In this document: positions 26,476-38,961 of the stretch, piece by piece
Layout of the letters: every line of letters begins with the position of its first letter
How positions within the stretch are numbered: the first letter of the stretch is position 1
Assembly (NCBI GenBank): GCA_045837725.1
Contig: JBEWZL010000237.1
Coordinates: forward strand, 62,001 to 126,000
DNA from: Vermamoeba vermiformis
Lineage: Eukaryota
DNA length: 64,000 bases
Direction of reading: 5' to 3'
Translations under genes and position numbers: made by a program
Notes under the pieces: model-generated
What the model saw: the letters and a program-made list of their open reading frames with translations, nothing else
Told to the model about the DNA's origin: nothing
Database searches by the model: none

Positions 26476-27026
26476 AGTGAGACGTGTGGTTCACTGTTCG
26501 AATATTTAAAGTAATTGTCGAACAAACCTGCAAAAGAAAACAAAACCTTGAACCAGTTTTCTACCAGTTTTCCGCATCATAATGTTAGGCAAATAATAAT
26601 CATAAATATTATTCTGGACTAATTCCCTGGTTATTGTGAGTTCAGTGACCGTTACAACGCATGTAACCGGGTTTCATGAAGAAGCACCTTGACTAAGGCC
26701 GGATCCACGATCGAGCTGCTAATGAGTGCGGAGATCGGCTCATTCCAGCTTGGATATCGTCTTTACCCGCAGGCAAACGTTGTGACCGTACTACGCTAAG
26801 GTGGTAACATCCTAGTCTTCGAGCTGCATTGTACTTTTCGAACTTTCCTTGACTACAAATCCGTTACGAATCCACCCCACAAATGAATTCTGTCCAAAGA
26901 ACTAAATCTTGGCCTCGTAACGGCTCACCAGGGCACAGTTTTATCTGAAATTTGAAATATCCGCAAGCAAAATTGAAGGGCGTTGTTTTACACGATCTTC
27001 GCACACGCTCACATAGAACACCCACA

Positions 27027-29038
27027 ATGACCATCTCAGCTCTTTATATTTTGGACCTTAAGGGCAAAATCATTATTTCCCGTGACTACCGTGGAGACAT
27101 CTCGGTTAATTATGTGGAGAGATTTGTCAGCAAGGTGCTCGAGGAAGAAGAGAGCAATTTAAAGCCCATATTTGAAGAGGATGGCGTCACTTATATTTAC
27201 GTCAAGCACAACAACCTCTATTGTACGTATTACTTTTTCAAAATATTTTTCTGATTCATTTTCAAATTTTATTTAGACCTCCAATAATATGCTGACGCAT
27301 AAAAATTATACGATAATTATTATGTGCGCGAGACTTTTCTATTTAAAATAATTAGCACGATAATTAATTGTCAATAACCGTTTTACAATTTCTCTACATC
27401 TGCTGATTTTTATTATTATATGAACAGTCCTCTCAGTAACTCAACTTAATTGCGATGCTATGATCGTTTTGAACTTTGTTTACAAGCTTATTGAGGCAAG
27501 TACAAGCAATTGGAAAATACGGAAATTATTGCATGATCTGACGTCGTCCAGTTTTCAATAATATTTATTACAACGCACCTAATTACTCTCAATTATTACA
27601 ATATTTTAAAATCCGCCAGTCATGACTGGAACGTTAGTACATTCATACGACACCAGATCTGGGTTTTTGGATCGAGCACAGGAGTACTAAAAAGCCTTTA
27701 TTGACAATTCCTGTTAGGTGTTCACTGCTTACTTCAAAGAAGTCGAAGAAGAGTCGATTCGCGATAACTTTGTCGTTACTTACGAATTGTTGGACGAAAT
27801 GATTGACTTTGGTTACCCTCAGAGCACAGAACCCGCCGTCTTAAAGGAGTACGTTACAATGCATTATATTACATGACACTTGGTACTTACTGCGTTCAGA
27901 TACATCACACAGAAGAGCAATGAATTACACAAAGCCTTGGTCCGCGTGCCCGCAGCAGCAACAGGTGCAGTCTCGTGGCGCCCAGACAACATTAAACACA
28001 CCAAGAACGAGGTCTTCTTGGACGTCATTGAAAAAGTCAACATTATGGTACGTCCTCAGTGACTTTAAGATCATTCAAAGCAGTGCTGACACGAGTCTTT
28101 AAGGTCTCGAGCAACGGTACTCCTTTGCGCTCAGAAATCGTCGGTCAAATCCGCATTAACTCACAATTGAGCGGCATGCCTGAGTTGCGCTTGGGTCTCA
28201 ACGATCGTGTCAAATTTGATGTTGGTAACAGAGGTTCTGGAGGTACGTGGACTCACTAGCCGATTCAAGGCTGTAATGCTAATGTAATTCGCAGATGCTG
28301 CTCCTCAACAAAGTGCCCCCGGTGCCCCTCCTAAGAAGGCTATTGAAATGGAAGACGTTGCATTCCATCAATGCGTGCGTCTCTCGCGATTTGAATCAGA
28401 AAAGTACGTTACATTGGCACTGCTTTCCGCCTAACTACGACTAACAATTGTCAATTGCAGAATCATTTCTTTCATCCCTCCCGATGGTGAATTCGAATTG
28501 ATGTCCTATCGTCTCAACACTGCTATCAAGCCATTGATTTGGATTGAAGCTGTTGTTGACTCACACGCACACAGCCGCATTGAATACTTGATCAAGGCCA
28601 AGGCTCAATTCAAGGCTCGCTCGACCGCCAACAACGTCGAAATTGTTATTCCCGTGCCCCCTGATGCTGACTCACCTAAATTCAGAGTACGTGCTCACCC
28701 ATTGGACTCAACTTCAGGACTAATCGTATCGCTTGCAGGCTAGCATTGGTAACGTCAAGTACGCCCCCGAGAAGGACGCCATTATTTGGACTATTCGTCA
28801 GTTCCAAGGTGGCAAGGAATTCTTGTTGCGCGCTCACTTTGGCTTGCCCTCCATCGAGTCTGATGAGTCCAACGCCAAGGCCAAGAGACCTATTTCAGTC
28901 AAATTCGAAATTCCTTACTTCACTGTCTCGGGCATTCAAGTCCGTTACTTGCGCATTATCGAAAAGAGCGGCTACCAAGCCCTGCCGTGGGTCCGTTACA
29001 TTACACAAGCCGGCGAGTACCAGATCCGCATGAACTAA
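27027..29038 (+). CDS. AP1M1: AP-1 adaptor complex mu subunit
   Basis: MTISALYILDLKGKIIISRDYRGD, EEESIRDNFV, LSGMPELRLGLND, FEIPYFTVSGIQVRYL, ALPWVRYIT. Confidence 0.95.
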
Positions 29039-29205
29039 GCTTGATTGTAGTCTATGAGGCCATCGTCCTGTTAGTTGCTAATAAATATTGCAAACTCAGG
29101 TCCGCTATTGTAAAGCTCTGAAAGTGTCAGTCGCGTCAACAAAATCACCCGAAGCTTCTTCGTTCTCTAACCACTTAATTACCTTAAAGAGGCAACACAA
29201 CTCAT

Positions 29206-30686
29206 ATGACACGAGCTTCATTAGTCGCTGTGCTCGTAGTAGCATGTCTGGCCCTTAGTAGTCTCGGCGTTCACGGATGGGGCTCCACTGGCCACAAAAC
29301 AGTTGGTAATTTCCTTAATTATCGAGGAAATGGAATTTATTAAATGACACGATACCTAGTGTCGAATTTATTGACGATTTACAAGTCACTCGAAATTCAG
29401 CTTTACAATTCCAAAGTCCCTTTATTGATTGTATTTATTAGCCGCTATTGCCAATGGCATGTTGAGCCCGAAGGCTAAGACCGCGGTAACAACTTGGCTG
29501 GGAGCTGGACAAGACATTGTAAAAGTGTCCATCCAAGCCGATGTCTACAAGCACGGTGCTGGCAAATGGACAAGCTCGATGCATTTTGCTAACGTGCCTA
29601 GTAAGTTAACAGATTGCTGATGTGATTGATGCTCGTCAACAAATTTGTTTCAAGATGGGATCTTATTTTATGACACGTTAGACCCGCCATCTTCCTCATG
29701 ATCATGATACTATCATAACAATTAATGAGAGGCAAAATACTGACTTCAATAATTTAGGAAGCGCATCTGAGTTTACAATGCAAAATGGTTGTTTGGATAA
29801 CTGCATCGTGAAAGCTATTCAAAACTACACGTCCATTTTGAAAGCAAGAAAGGTACGATTACTTTACTGCCGAAAAGAACGCGGTTCTCGCCTGCTGGTA
29901 TCCCCTAATTGTTTTCGAGCGAATGCTGGCTCGGGTTGTTTTACCAACACGAGCAACTTCCAACCAAATTAGTGCACCTCCCAGCCGGTGATGTTAGACA
30001 TACTCCTTGATCATTACCTAACTTACCTGGTGCATAGATTCCATTTACCTTTTTGTTTATTTTTTTTTTTGATCCGATCCTGGTTTTAATCGTGTTGCTA
30101 GCCTTTCTTCTTTCCCTCGCCTAACTGGGAGATTAATGAACCCTCGCCTATCGCATTCTTGGTACACCTCGTTGGCGACGTGCATCAGCCTCTGCATATT
30201 TCGTGAGTACACACTAGATTTGCTCTCGTGCCAACTCCAGCAACTACTAACGAACTAAAATAGATTCGCTGACGATAAAGGCGGCAACAATGTGGTTGTG
30301 ACATGGTTTGGCCAACAATCAAATCTGCACGCTCTATGGGATGACGGGATACTAAGCAAATTGAGTACGTGGTGACTGGCCTACAGGTGTCTGCCCTAGC
30401 CATACTAATTCCGTATTTAGGCAAGGATTACAATTCACTCGCGAAGGAGCTGACTGATGAGATAAACAAGAACCCAGCAATCATGACCAAATATTCCAAA
30501 TCTACCGATCCCGTTCAGTGGGCGAGAGAGTCGTTCCTCATCACGAAGGATATATACAAAAAATTGCCTAGCAATTTGTCGTCGAAAAATCAAGCATACG
30601 TGGACAGCAACAAGCAAACTGTGAGAGAACAGCTGATGGCTGGAGGTATCAGACTTGCCAAGCTTCTTAACCAGATTTTTGGTTGA
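29206..30686 (+). CDS. Secreted S1/P1 nuclease (copy 1)
   Basis: Signal peptide followed by WGSTGH; ADVYK, HF, FLVHLVGDVHQPLH, DKGGN, NLHALWD, WARES, GGIRLA. Confidence 0.92.
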
Positions 30687-30878
30687 TAATAGAGTAATGT
30701 GCTCGTGTGTAGCTATTATATCAAATAAAATGTATTCTATGGCAGGGAATCTTACAATTCGACAATTGTCGGTTTGCAACGGTTAGTCGACAAACAGTTT
30801 TTGTGCGCATAATCACACCAATTACTGTTAGCTCTAACACAACAGCAATTTTGTTGCGATTATAACTGTTACTTGCTA

Positions 30879-32387
30879 ATGAGAGCTAGTCTGATTGTTG
30901 CCATATTTGTTGCAGTTTGCTTGGGCAGCTCGATCGTGAGCGCTTGGGGTACTACTGGCCACAAAACTGTTGGTATGAATAAATAGTGGCTAAACCCCGC
31001 TATTTATTACGACCTACATTCGTTCTCACCCTTCCTCTAGCTGCCATTGCTGAACAGCTCTTGGACAAATCCGCAGCCAGCGCGGTTACCACTTGGTTGG
31101 GCAGTGAAGACTCAATGGTCACTGTCGCCATTGAGCCTGATATCTATCGCTATGGCAATGGCAAATGGACTTCTTCATACCACTACTGCAATCTTCCTCG
31201 TAAGTTTCGACAAACTTTTTTTTCGAGCAGAGATACGAAATATAAATACATAATTAATACAAATGATATTTATGGTACATATTGTCGTAATCTTGCTTGT
31301 TTTGGGATATTCAGATCGATCTTTATTCTTTGTTGTACCATTACCAGGCTTCATTCTTCGCAACATTATTAATGTTAATTAAACACACATTATGCTTTAT
31401 TGTATGATCTTATGTACGTGGCCTATTATTAATAATAATGAAATCAGTGGTCACAAAGTCAGATCATCGAAAAGGCACCTATTAATAGGTTACTTCTACC
31501 TACAAATATTTATAATTGCCTATTAAGACTTTAAAATAAGTTTATCATAGACGATTGGTTAATTAAGCTCTTCCTAGTTTTTTGATTTCGTACTCATTTT
31601 TTGATCACAAAAAGGTTCTGCCAAGAAGTTTACTATGAAGAATGGCTGCCCTAAAACTTGTGTCATCACTGCCATTCAAAACTACACTAGCATCCTCGAG
31701 AAGGTTGAAGTAAGTAGCGAGGACGCAACGTAGTCATTAGGGCTCTTTTAACGCTTGTCTGCCTAGCCCACCCCAGATATTGTTACTGACTGGCGTGATG
31801 TCGAGCCCTCTCCTGTTTCGTTCTTAGTCCACTTCATTGGTGACATTCATCAGCCTCTGCACATCAGGTAATGCTTCAAAAAGTCTTCTTTTGCTCGCGA
31901 TCCAGTTCTCATCTTGTTCTCTTGCAGCTACGAGGACGACAAGGGTGGCAATGCAGTCAAGGTCACTTGGTTCGAGCACTCGCACACCAACTTGCACTCT
32001 GTTTGGGATGACCGCATCCTCAACCACACTGGTACGTGCCCAGATCTCGAGCGCATTTATCCATCCGTACTAACCCTATTGTCTCATGCAGGCATGTACT
32101 GGCCTGAGTTGTCCAAACAATTGCTCGGCATGATCAAGAAGGACCCTTCAATCATCTCCAAGTACGCGCAAGACATGGACCCTGTCAGCTGGGCCCAAGA
32201 GTCCTTTGCCATCACTCTTCAAGTCTACAAAGAGTTGCCTGCGGAGCCAATTAACTTCGGCCAGGAGTACTTCGACGAGTGGTACCCTGTCGTTCAACAG
32301 CGCTTGCTCGCTGGTGGTATTCGCCTCGCCAAGCAGTTGAATCAGATTTTTTCTTCTTCGAAGAGCAAATCCGGCCGTTACAATTAG
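30879..32387 (+). CDS. Secreted S1/P1 nuclease (copy 2, tandem paralog)
   Basis: Signal peptide followed by WGTTGH; FLVHFIGDIHQPLH, DDKGGN, NLHSVWD, WAQES, GGIRLA. Confidence 0.92.
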
Positions 32388-32608
32388 AGTTGTGAGCGGA
32401 TCCTATTGATTTAGCCATATTTATTTAACTCCTTAGTGTTACAATTTTGAAATAAACGCTGGATGTCATCCAGTCCTTGCGGATACGAACGGGTAATATT
32501 CGTGCGTTGTGGCTTGGCAAACACGTGATTTACCACGTGACCGCGAAGAAATCTAAGTTATTGAGATTTCCAGCTTTACAAAGTTATTCCAAGATACAAT
32601 ACAATACC

Positions 32609-33871
32609 ATGGAGCCAAACTTTGATGGATATCATAAAATTGTCGAATCCAGTCAAAAATGGGTAACAGATGAGTCAACCAACTCTCTGATAAAGAAGAC
32701 AAAATGGGTGGTTATGGAGAAAGTACACGGTGCAAATTTTTGTATAATTATTGATGGCAGTAAGACGATAAAGTGTGCTAAGCGAAGGGAGATCTTGCCC
32801 GAAAATGAAGACTTCTTCGGACACAAGCGACTATTACCGGAGCTTCGACCAAAAATCGAAAGACTACAAGAGATAATATCACAGAATTTTCCTGATACTC
32901 GGCACGTATTCGTGTTTGGAGAAATATTCGGAGGGGCGTAAGTATCAGCGTTCTCAATAATTTCACAGTAATTAACCAGCTCAAATATAACAGCTATCCG
33001 CACCCCGATGTACCCAAGGTTACGGAGGTCCAAGCTGTACAGACTGGCATCTACTATTCGCCGAAGATAGAATTCTATTGCTTTGATATTATGCGTGAAG
33101 CGACAGGTAATGACAGTTGTACATTTTGATCTGGATCTAACCGCCACTTAGATGGAAAGAAGGAGTTTCTCGATTACGACAAAGCATTAGAGTATTTCAA
33201 AGCAGCGACGCTATTTTGTGCCGAGCCGTTAATGATTGGTATGAGTTCTAGTGCCACACGCGTTAAATTAATTTTTTCCTTATTAGGCAAGTATGATGAA
33301 GCGGTCAACTACCCAATCAGATTTGAAAGTACCATTCCCGCACGATTAGGACTGCCAACGATCAAGGGCAATGTAGCTGAAGGTGTTGTCATCAAGCCAG
33401 TCAAAAACATTCTCGTCGGTACTGGAAAGGGTACAGCACGTGCGATTCTGAAACTGAAACTCGATGAGTTCAAAGAAGACGCTAAGTATGTGTTTCTACT
33501 CGCTAATCATTAGTGTCTAACTGTTTCAAAGGTTTTATCAAGCTGAAAAATGGACGAATAACAACAATCAACCGAGCAACAACAACGACGTGGCTACCAA
33601 AGAGCTATTGAGTTATGAAATTCCGTCGTTAATTAATGCACAGCGAGTAGTCAGTGCGATATCTAAAGTAGGGCAGGTGGATCTGAAAGACAAGACCAAA
33701 ATGCGCAAGTTACTCGATGAAGTCACGAAAGATGTGCGCGACAGTCTCGCAGAGAGTTACGAAAAAGAATGGAATGAATTGAGTCAAACTGACCGCGATG
33801 AACTTTTCAAAGACATCGTTGAGCAGTGCAAGGCATTCATGACGGAATATTTTCTGAACAACAAGAAATAA
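32609..33871 (+). CDS. RNA ligase 2 (Rnl2) family ATP-dependent ligase, intron-containing
   Basis: Nucleotidyltransferase motif I EKVHGANF, III FGEIFGG, IIIa FYCFDI, IV EGVVIKP, V ILKLK; C-terminal RVVSAISKVG. Confidence 0.88.
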
Positions 33872-33944
33872 AACTGGAAGGCACAACATCAATCAGGACA
33901 GTTCAATATTTACATCGGATTATTACAATTTAGCATTATATTTA

Positions 33945-35045
33945 TCACTGGTTGCGTGGAGATTTCTTTTCTGGACTTAAACTTGCCGCGCCACCCTCTC
34001 TGCTCTTGGTCAAGTCACCTCGATGCGGCACTAATATCGCAGCACTACTCTTGCTTAGTTTGCTCGAGTATTGCAATGTGTCGTCTTCGTCTTCATCGAC
34101 CAGCATGTGCGGGTCAACAAACTTCATGTCAAAACTCGCGAGCAGTGTTGGATTGGACAAAATCATTTTGCGGTATTCATCTAATGACACGTGTCAAACA
34201 GAGGTCAGCATTGAGTAGATGTCGGGCACTTACCGAATGATAGTCTGCCATCCTTATTTAAGTCAACCTCTTCGAACGTACTGTCCACTAACTTGCGCAT
34301 TTGAGCTTCTGACAGTTCGAGCAGAAAATTCTCAAACAAACTGGCTTGTAACATGTGAAATAGCTCTTCTTTGTCTATGTAGCCATCGCGATCGAGATCA
34401 TATATTTTAAACGAAACTGTCACTTAATTAGCAGTCGAATATGTAATATTACTGTGCACATACATTTGAGTTTGTCTTCGAGCGGTGCTTTCGAGCAATA
34501 AACTGACAATCCTTTGCAAAACTCTTCAAAATTAATCTTCTTGTCATTGTTTTCTGTGGTTGATTGTTAGTGATTAGTAACCAGAGTGTAATGTCGGCAA
34601 CATACCGTCGATGACTTTGAAAATTCTTTTAGCCACTTGCGAATTCTCGAATCCGAGTGCTTGTTGGAATTCATGAACGTCTATAACACCGTCGTCCTCA
34701 ATTGACGAGCTGATCCACTTGTATTTGTTGTACAAACCTACAATTTCTTCGCGTGTAACTGTTGGACAATTAATATTGCGATCAAATAGATTGTACGAAA
34801 AAAATAACACAGTATTAATTACAATCTATAGCGAATAATCGTTATACAACAGAATCTCAGCGATAAGATTTTTAATGAAATTCACATCTGTTTCGTGATT
34901 TGTCTGCTAGTGACTCTTTACTATAAATATACTTCCAAAATAATTAATATTAATTTTAGTGGCACTTACAATGAGTTTTCTTCAATAAATATGCGATCTC
35001 GTCTTCGTCGAGGTTTGGTTTCAATTTTCCTCCTTTTTGACCCAT
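33945..35045 (-). CDS. Calcineurin B-like EF-hand calcium sensor, N-myristoylation motif
   Basis: MGQKGGK start; EF-hands DDGVIDVHEF, FKIYDLDRDGYIDKEEL, DLNKDGR. Confidence 0.85.
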
Positions 35046-35189
35046 CGTGCTTATGTATGGTTACTAAATAATAATTTCGAAAACGAGGGTCAGTTATGTT
35101 CTTTACAATGCTGTGACAAAAACTGTCTCGTGCCTAGATCGTGAATTCATTCAAGAACAAACAAATTTATTTGCAAATTACAGAGCACT

Positions 35190-36469
35190 ATGGCACAACA
35201 ACTGCAACAACTTTTTACGCGCCTATTTGTAGGTGGCTTGTCCTTGAGTGTTGGTGCATTCACCTTGTCACAATCTCTTTATGTTGGTAAGGAACTTGCC
35301 CAGATCGCCTAAATAATATTGCGCAATTTTATTATCGCCACTGATAATTATATTACTCTACGGCGCTGCAAATTTACCAATAGTAATAGTAAGCTCACTA
35401 ATTATTTTTAAAAATATTTTTCAAATTCGTCATCACTTCCTAATTATTCGTATTATAGTGGAGCCTGGGTATAGAGCAGTTATATGGGACAGATCACGTG
35501 GTATGTTGCCTAACACGAAGGGTGAGGGCATGCACTTCATGATCCCTTTCTGGCAAAAGGTTCGCCAGCTCAGTGTCAGAAAAACACCCAAAAACATTCA
35601 TACACAGACTGGTAGCAAGGGTGCGTATATTACATACGGTGACGTTGGCGTCATTTGTTAACGTGGATCCGTTTTAGATCTGCAAGAAGTGAAGATCAGC
35701 TTGCGAGTATTGTACAGACCTGACAAGAAGAAATTATCAGAATTATACGACAAATATGGCTCAGATTATGACGAGCGATTCTTGCCCTCATTAGGCAATG
35801 AAGTCTTGAAGGCTGTTGTCGTACGTATTGGCACGAGATCTGCACTGAACAGCGGGCATTACTTAACGTCTTGTCATAGGCTCAATACGACGCCGGCGAG
35901 TTGATCACACAACGCGAGGTCGTGAGTCGTGAGATCCGCGAGCAATTGACTGAGAAATCAAAGATGTACAGCATTGTGTTGGACGACGTGTCAATCACGC
36001 ACTTGTCATTCAGCGAGGAGTTCACGCGTGCCATTGAACAGAAACAAGTCGCCAGTCAAGAGGCTGAACGCGCCAAGTTTGTTGTCGAGAAGGGTATGTT
36101 ATTAGTAGTTAGTTAACACGGCCCATCCTGACAACACTTAGCACTTGCTTTATTTCCGATATTGGATTGATGCCAATCATCGTATTATAAAGTATACTAA
36201 TGCGTCACATTCCAGCCGAACAAGAAAAGAAAGCAGCAGTTATTCGAGCTGAAGGTGAATCTGAAGCCGCACGGTTGATCACTGAGGCCACAACACTCGC
36301 AGGCCCGGCACTGATTGAATTGCGTCGATTGGAAGCTGCCAAGGAGGTCGCAGAGACCTTGTCCAAGTCCAAGAACATCACCTACTTGCCCTCGGGTCAG
36401 GTGGGCGCTGATGGCCAGCCCGGTGGTGGATCGAACTTGTTGCTTGGTCTGCAAAGCGGTCGGTTGTAA
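35190..36469 (+). CDS. Prohibitin (SPFH family)
   Basis: [69 protein letters not shown]. Confidence 0.92.
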
Positions 36470-37095
36470 GGCCTCAGTATTAATTGTTAATAGTGCCTAG
36501 ACTAGGCGTACGATTTTGAATTGTAATAAATTATGCACCGAAAACTCTGCAACTTGGTTAAAGGCGAGGTGAGTTTAACCGACGCCAAAGTGAAGAGACT
36601 CTCTCTGTGGCAAGCCACTGACGTAAGATTTGCTTGTGCGCATTTGAACGCTTAATACATAAAAGAATACGTAAAATCCAGATTTACTATGTATGCCATC
36701 TTCATTGAGAATTCTGTAGATTCAATAACGGTCTTGCGGCGAAGACTGCCATATTGCCGAATGTTGCTAGACCGTGATATAATTTGATCAGCAGATCACT
36801 AAAATATCTTTGAAATCACAGTTTTGTGAGCTGAGATCGGATCGCGATCCAAGTTAAGAATTGTTGTACCAGGAGGGGAATCCTTACAGCTGGCTAAGCC
36901 ATGTGCGAGCGATTAACTACCAAAATATTCCTAGAGATGATTGTGGACGTGCGAGTCCAGTGGTGTTGAGAAATAAAACGAAATTGGAAAAGATTCAGAA
37001 ACTAATAAGAAAATGACCACCAAAATAGACAGAAAAGAATCTGAGAATTGGCCATCAACAGCAGTTAAAGTACAACTACTTTCTGAGCACAACAG

Positions 37096-38699
37096 ATGGC
37101 AAACAACGAAACCACCACAATCAGCTGTTCAAACGGCTCACTCGTCTACGTAGGCAGTGCAGTGCAAGTCCCGAAAGAGATCGGCAAGTCCCAGCCTAGT
37201 GATTTTGAGAGCTTCATTTCTGGGAAAGTGACCAAGGAATCTGACTTCCTGCACAACCCCTACTTGGAGGGCAAGTAAGTACTTGACTAGTGAAAGAGTT
37301 GCGCAAGTCCTAATCCTGGTGCTGTTTTAGTGCCCTTGAGTTCGCTGGCCTGAGCAATGTAACGCGAGTGCACCTTGTGAACGGCGACAAGGCTACCATG
37401 GCCAATGGAGTGGGTGAGTAGCAAAACATCGAAATACTTCAAAACAATACTTAAAGCTGTACTTGTTAGGCATCTGTCGCGACAAAAATACGAATCAGAT
37501 CTTGTACAACGGTGAGTGGAGACTTGGCTATCGACACGGCTACGGAGAAGCCACTCTGTTCGGAGGTAAGACTACACCGTTTGATATGTATTGCGCACTC
37601 CACTCACTGTAGTAGAATATGGTGCACTGTTGGGCCAGTACAAAGGCATGTTCCGCTTCAATCATCGTCACGGCTACGGTGAACTGACCTACCCTGATGG
37701 CACTGTGTGGTGCGGTGAATGGAAGCACGATAGAAAGGTACGTAGTGACAATAGTACGATCGCATTGCCAACTATGTCGTCAGAACGGACCTGGCGTTGA
37801 AACAGATCTGAGTGGTGGAAGTTTTGCCGGAATCTGGCGCAACGGTCGCAAGTCAGTACAATAAGACATATCTTAGATTACATTAACTAACCGACGACTT
37901 CAGAGTGGGCAGTCTCAAGTACACCTTCCCCGACAAGTCGGTGTCGTGGTTCTTTTACACTGAAGACGGAGTGTGGCGTCATGCCTCGCCGGTGACTGGT
38001 GAACCGGGCGTGGACGTTGCAGCGCTCGTCAAACAGCTGCGCGAACAAGCACGATTTGACCAGCAGTCGAAGAACATTGTGCAAGGTAAGTAAATGACCG
38101 CGTGATTAGGACTGCACATTGCTAACCTGTCCGTGCAGAGGTCGCTACAAGCATACCAATGGGCTCTGAAGCGCAACCCGCGCCTGGACCTCTCAACTTG
38201 ACGTTGAAGAAAGGTCTCGCAGAGTTCAAGGACTCTACATTGCCCACACTCAACACCAAGTTGAAAGTACGTCTGAAGTGTCAACACCAATAACATACTA
38301 ACTCGTATGCAGACTGTGTGGACAGACATGAGCATTGACGTGGACATTGACTCCTTCGCCGCCATTGAGCCCCCAGCCGTGGCAGTGTGGACCTTGTTCG
38401 TTTACAAGTCTGGCTTCGTTGTCTCGCCTGTAGTCGACACCATGGCTGTGATGGCTAAGGACCCGTTCTATGGTGTAAGATAATGCGTGATTATTGACTG
38501 ATTGTACTGACACGTGTCACAGAATGAGCTCGGAGGTATCGTGAAGAAGATTGTCATTCGTTGTGTGCCCAAGCTGCATCAACTCAATGCCAAGGTCGAT
38601 AGCAATGGACTGCTGACCATTGAAGGCTCATTTGACCTCGGTGAAGAGAGTCGCATCACGGTGGAGAACCTCAAGCAAGTGCTCATCAAGAATCTTTAA
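37096..38699 (+). CDS. MORN repeat-containing protein
   Basis: MORN repeats YNGEWRLGYRHGYG and YKGMFRFNHRHGYGELTYPDG; multi-exon. Confidence 0.7.
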
Positions 38700-38961
38700 G
38701 TGGTACCTGGCCGCGACATGTAGTGCCATAGCCGAATAAATACTGATTAGGGTTTTACTTCTAATGGTGCGCTGTATCAAATAGATCGCTTGTGTGCCTA
38801 CATCGGAATTTACTTCGGGAATGGGGGACGACGATGTGACAAGACAAAAGTCCTGTTCTCTAAACACATTTATATCTGTCCACCGTTCAATAACACAAAG
38901 TAAGCCTATACAAAGCCTTTCGGTTCAGAGTTCAGCACTAATTGACCTTAACGGCACCAGA

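Noticed and set aside
30021-30030. ACTTACCTGG resembling the U1 snRNA 5' end
   Set aside because: No U1 stem-loops, U1-70K loop or U1A loop follow; it is simply the complement of a donor consensus.
29206-33871. S1/P1 nucleases next to an RNA ligase as a cut-and-repair module
   Set aside because: The nucleases carry signal peptides (secreted or lysosomal) and the ligase does not; adjacency in a compact eukaryotic genome is weak evidence.
36925-36990. ATATTCCTA resembling the U17/snR30 m1 motif
   Set aside because: The partner m2 motif (AAACCAT) and a correctly placed ACA box are missing.
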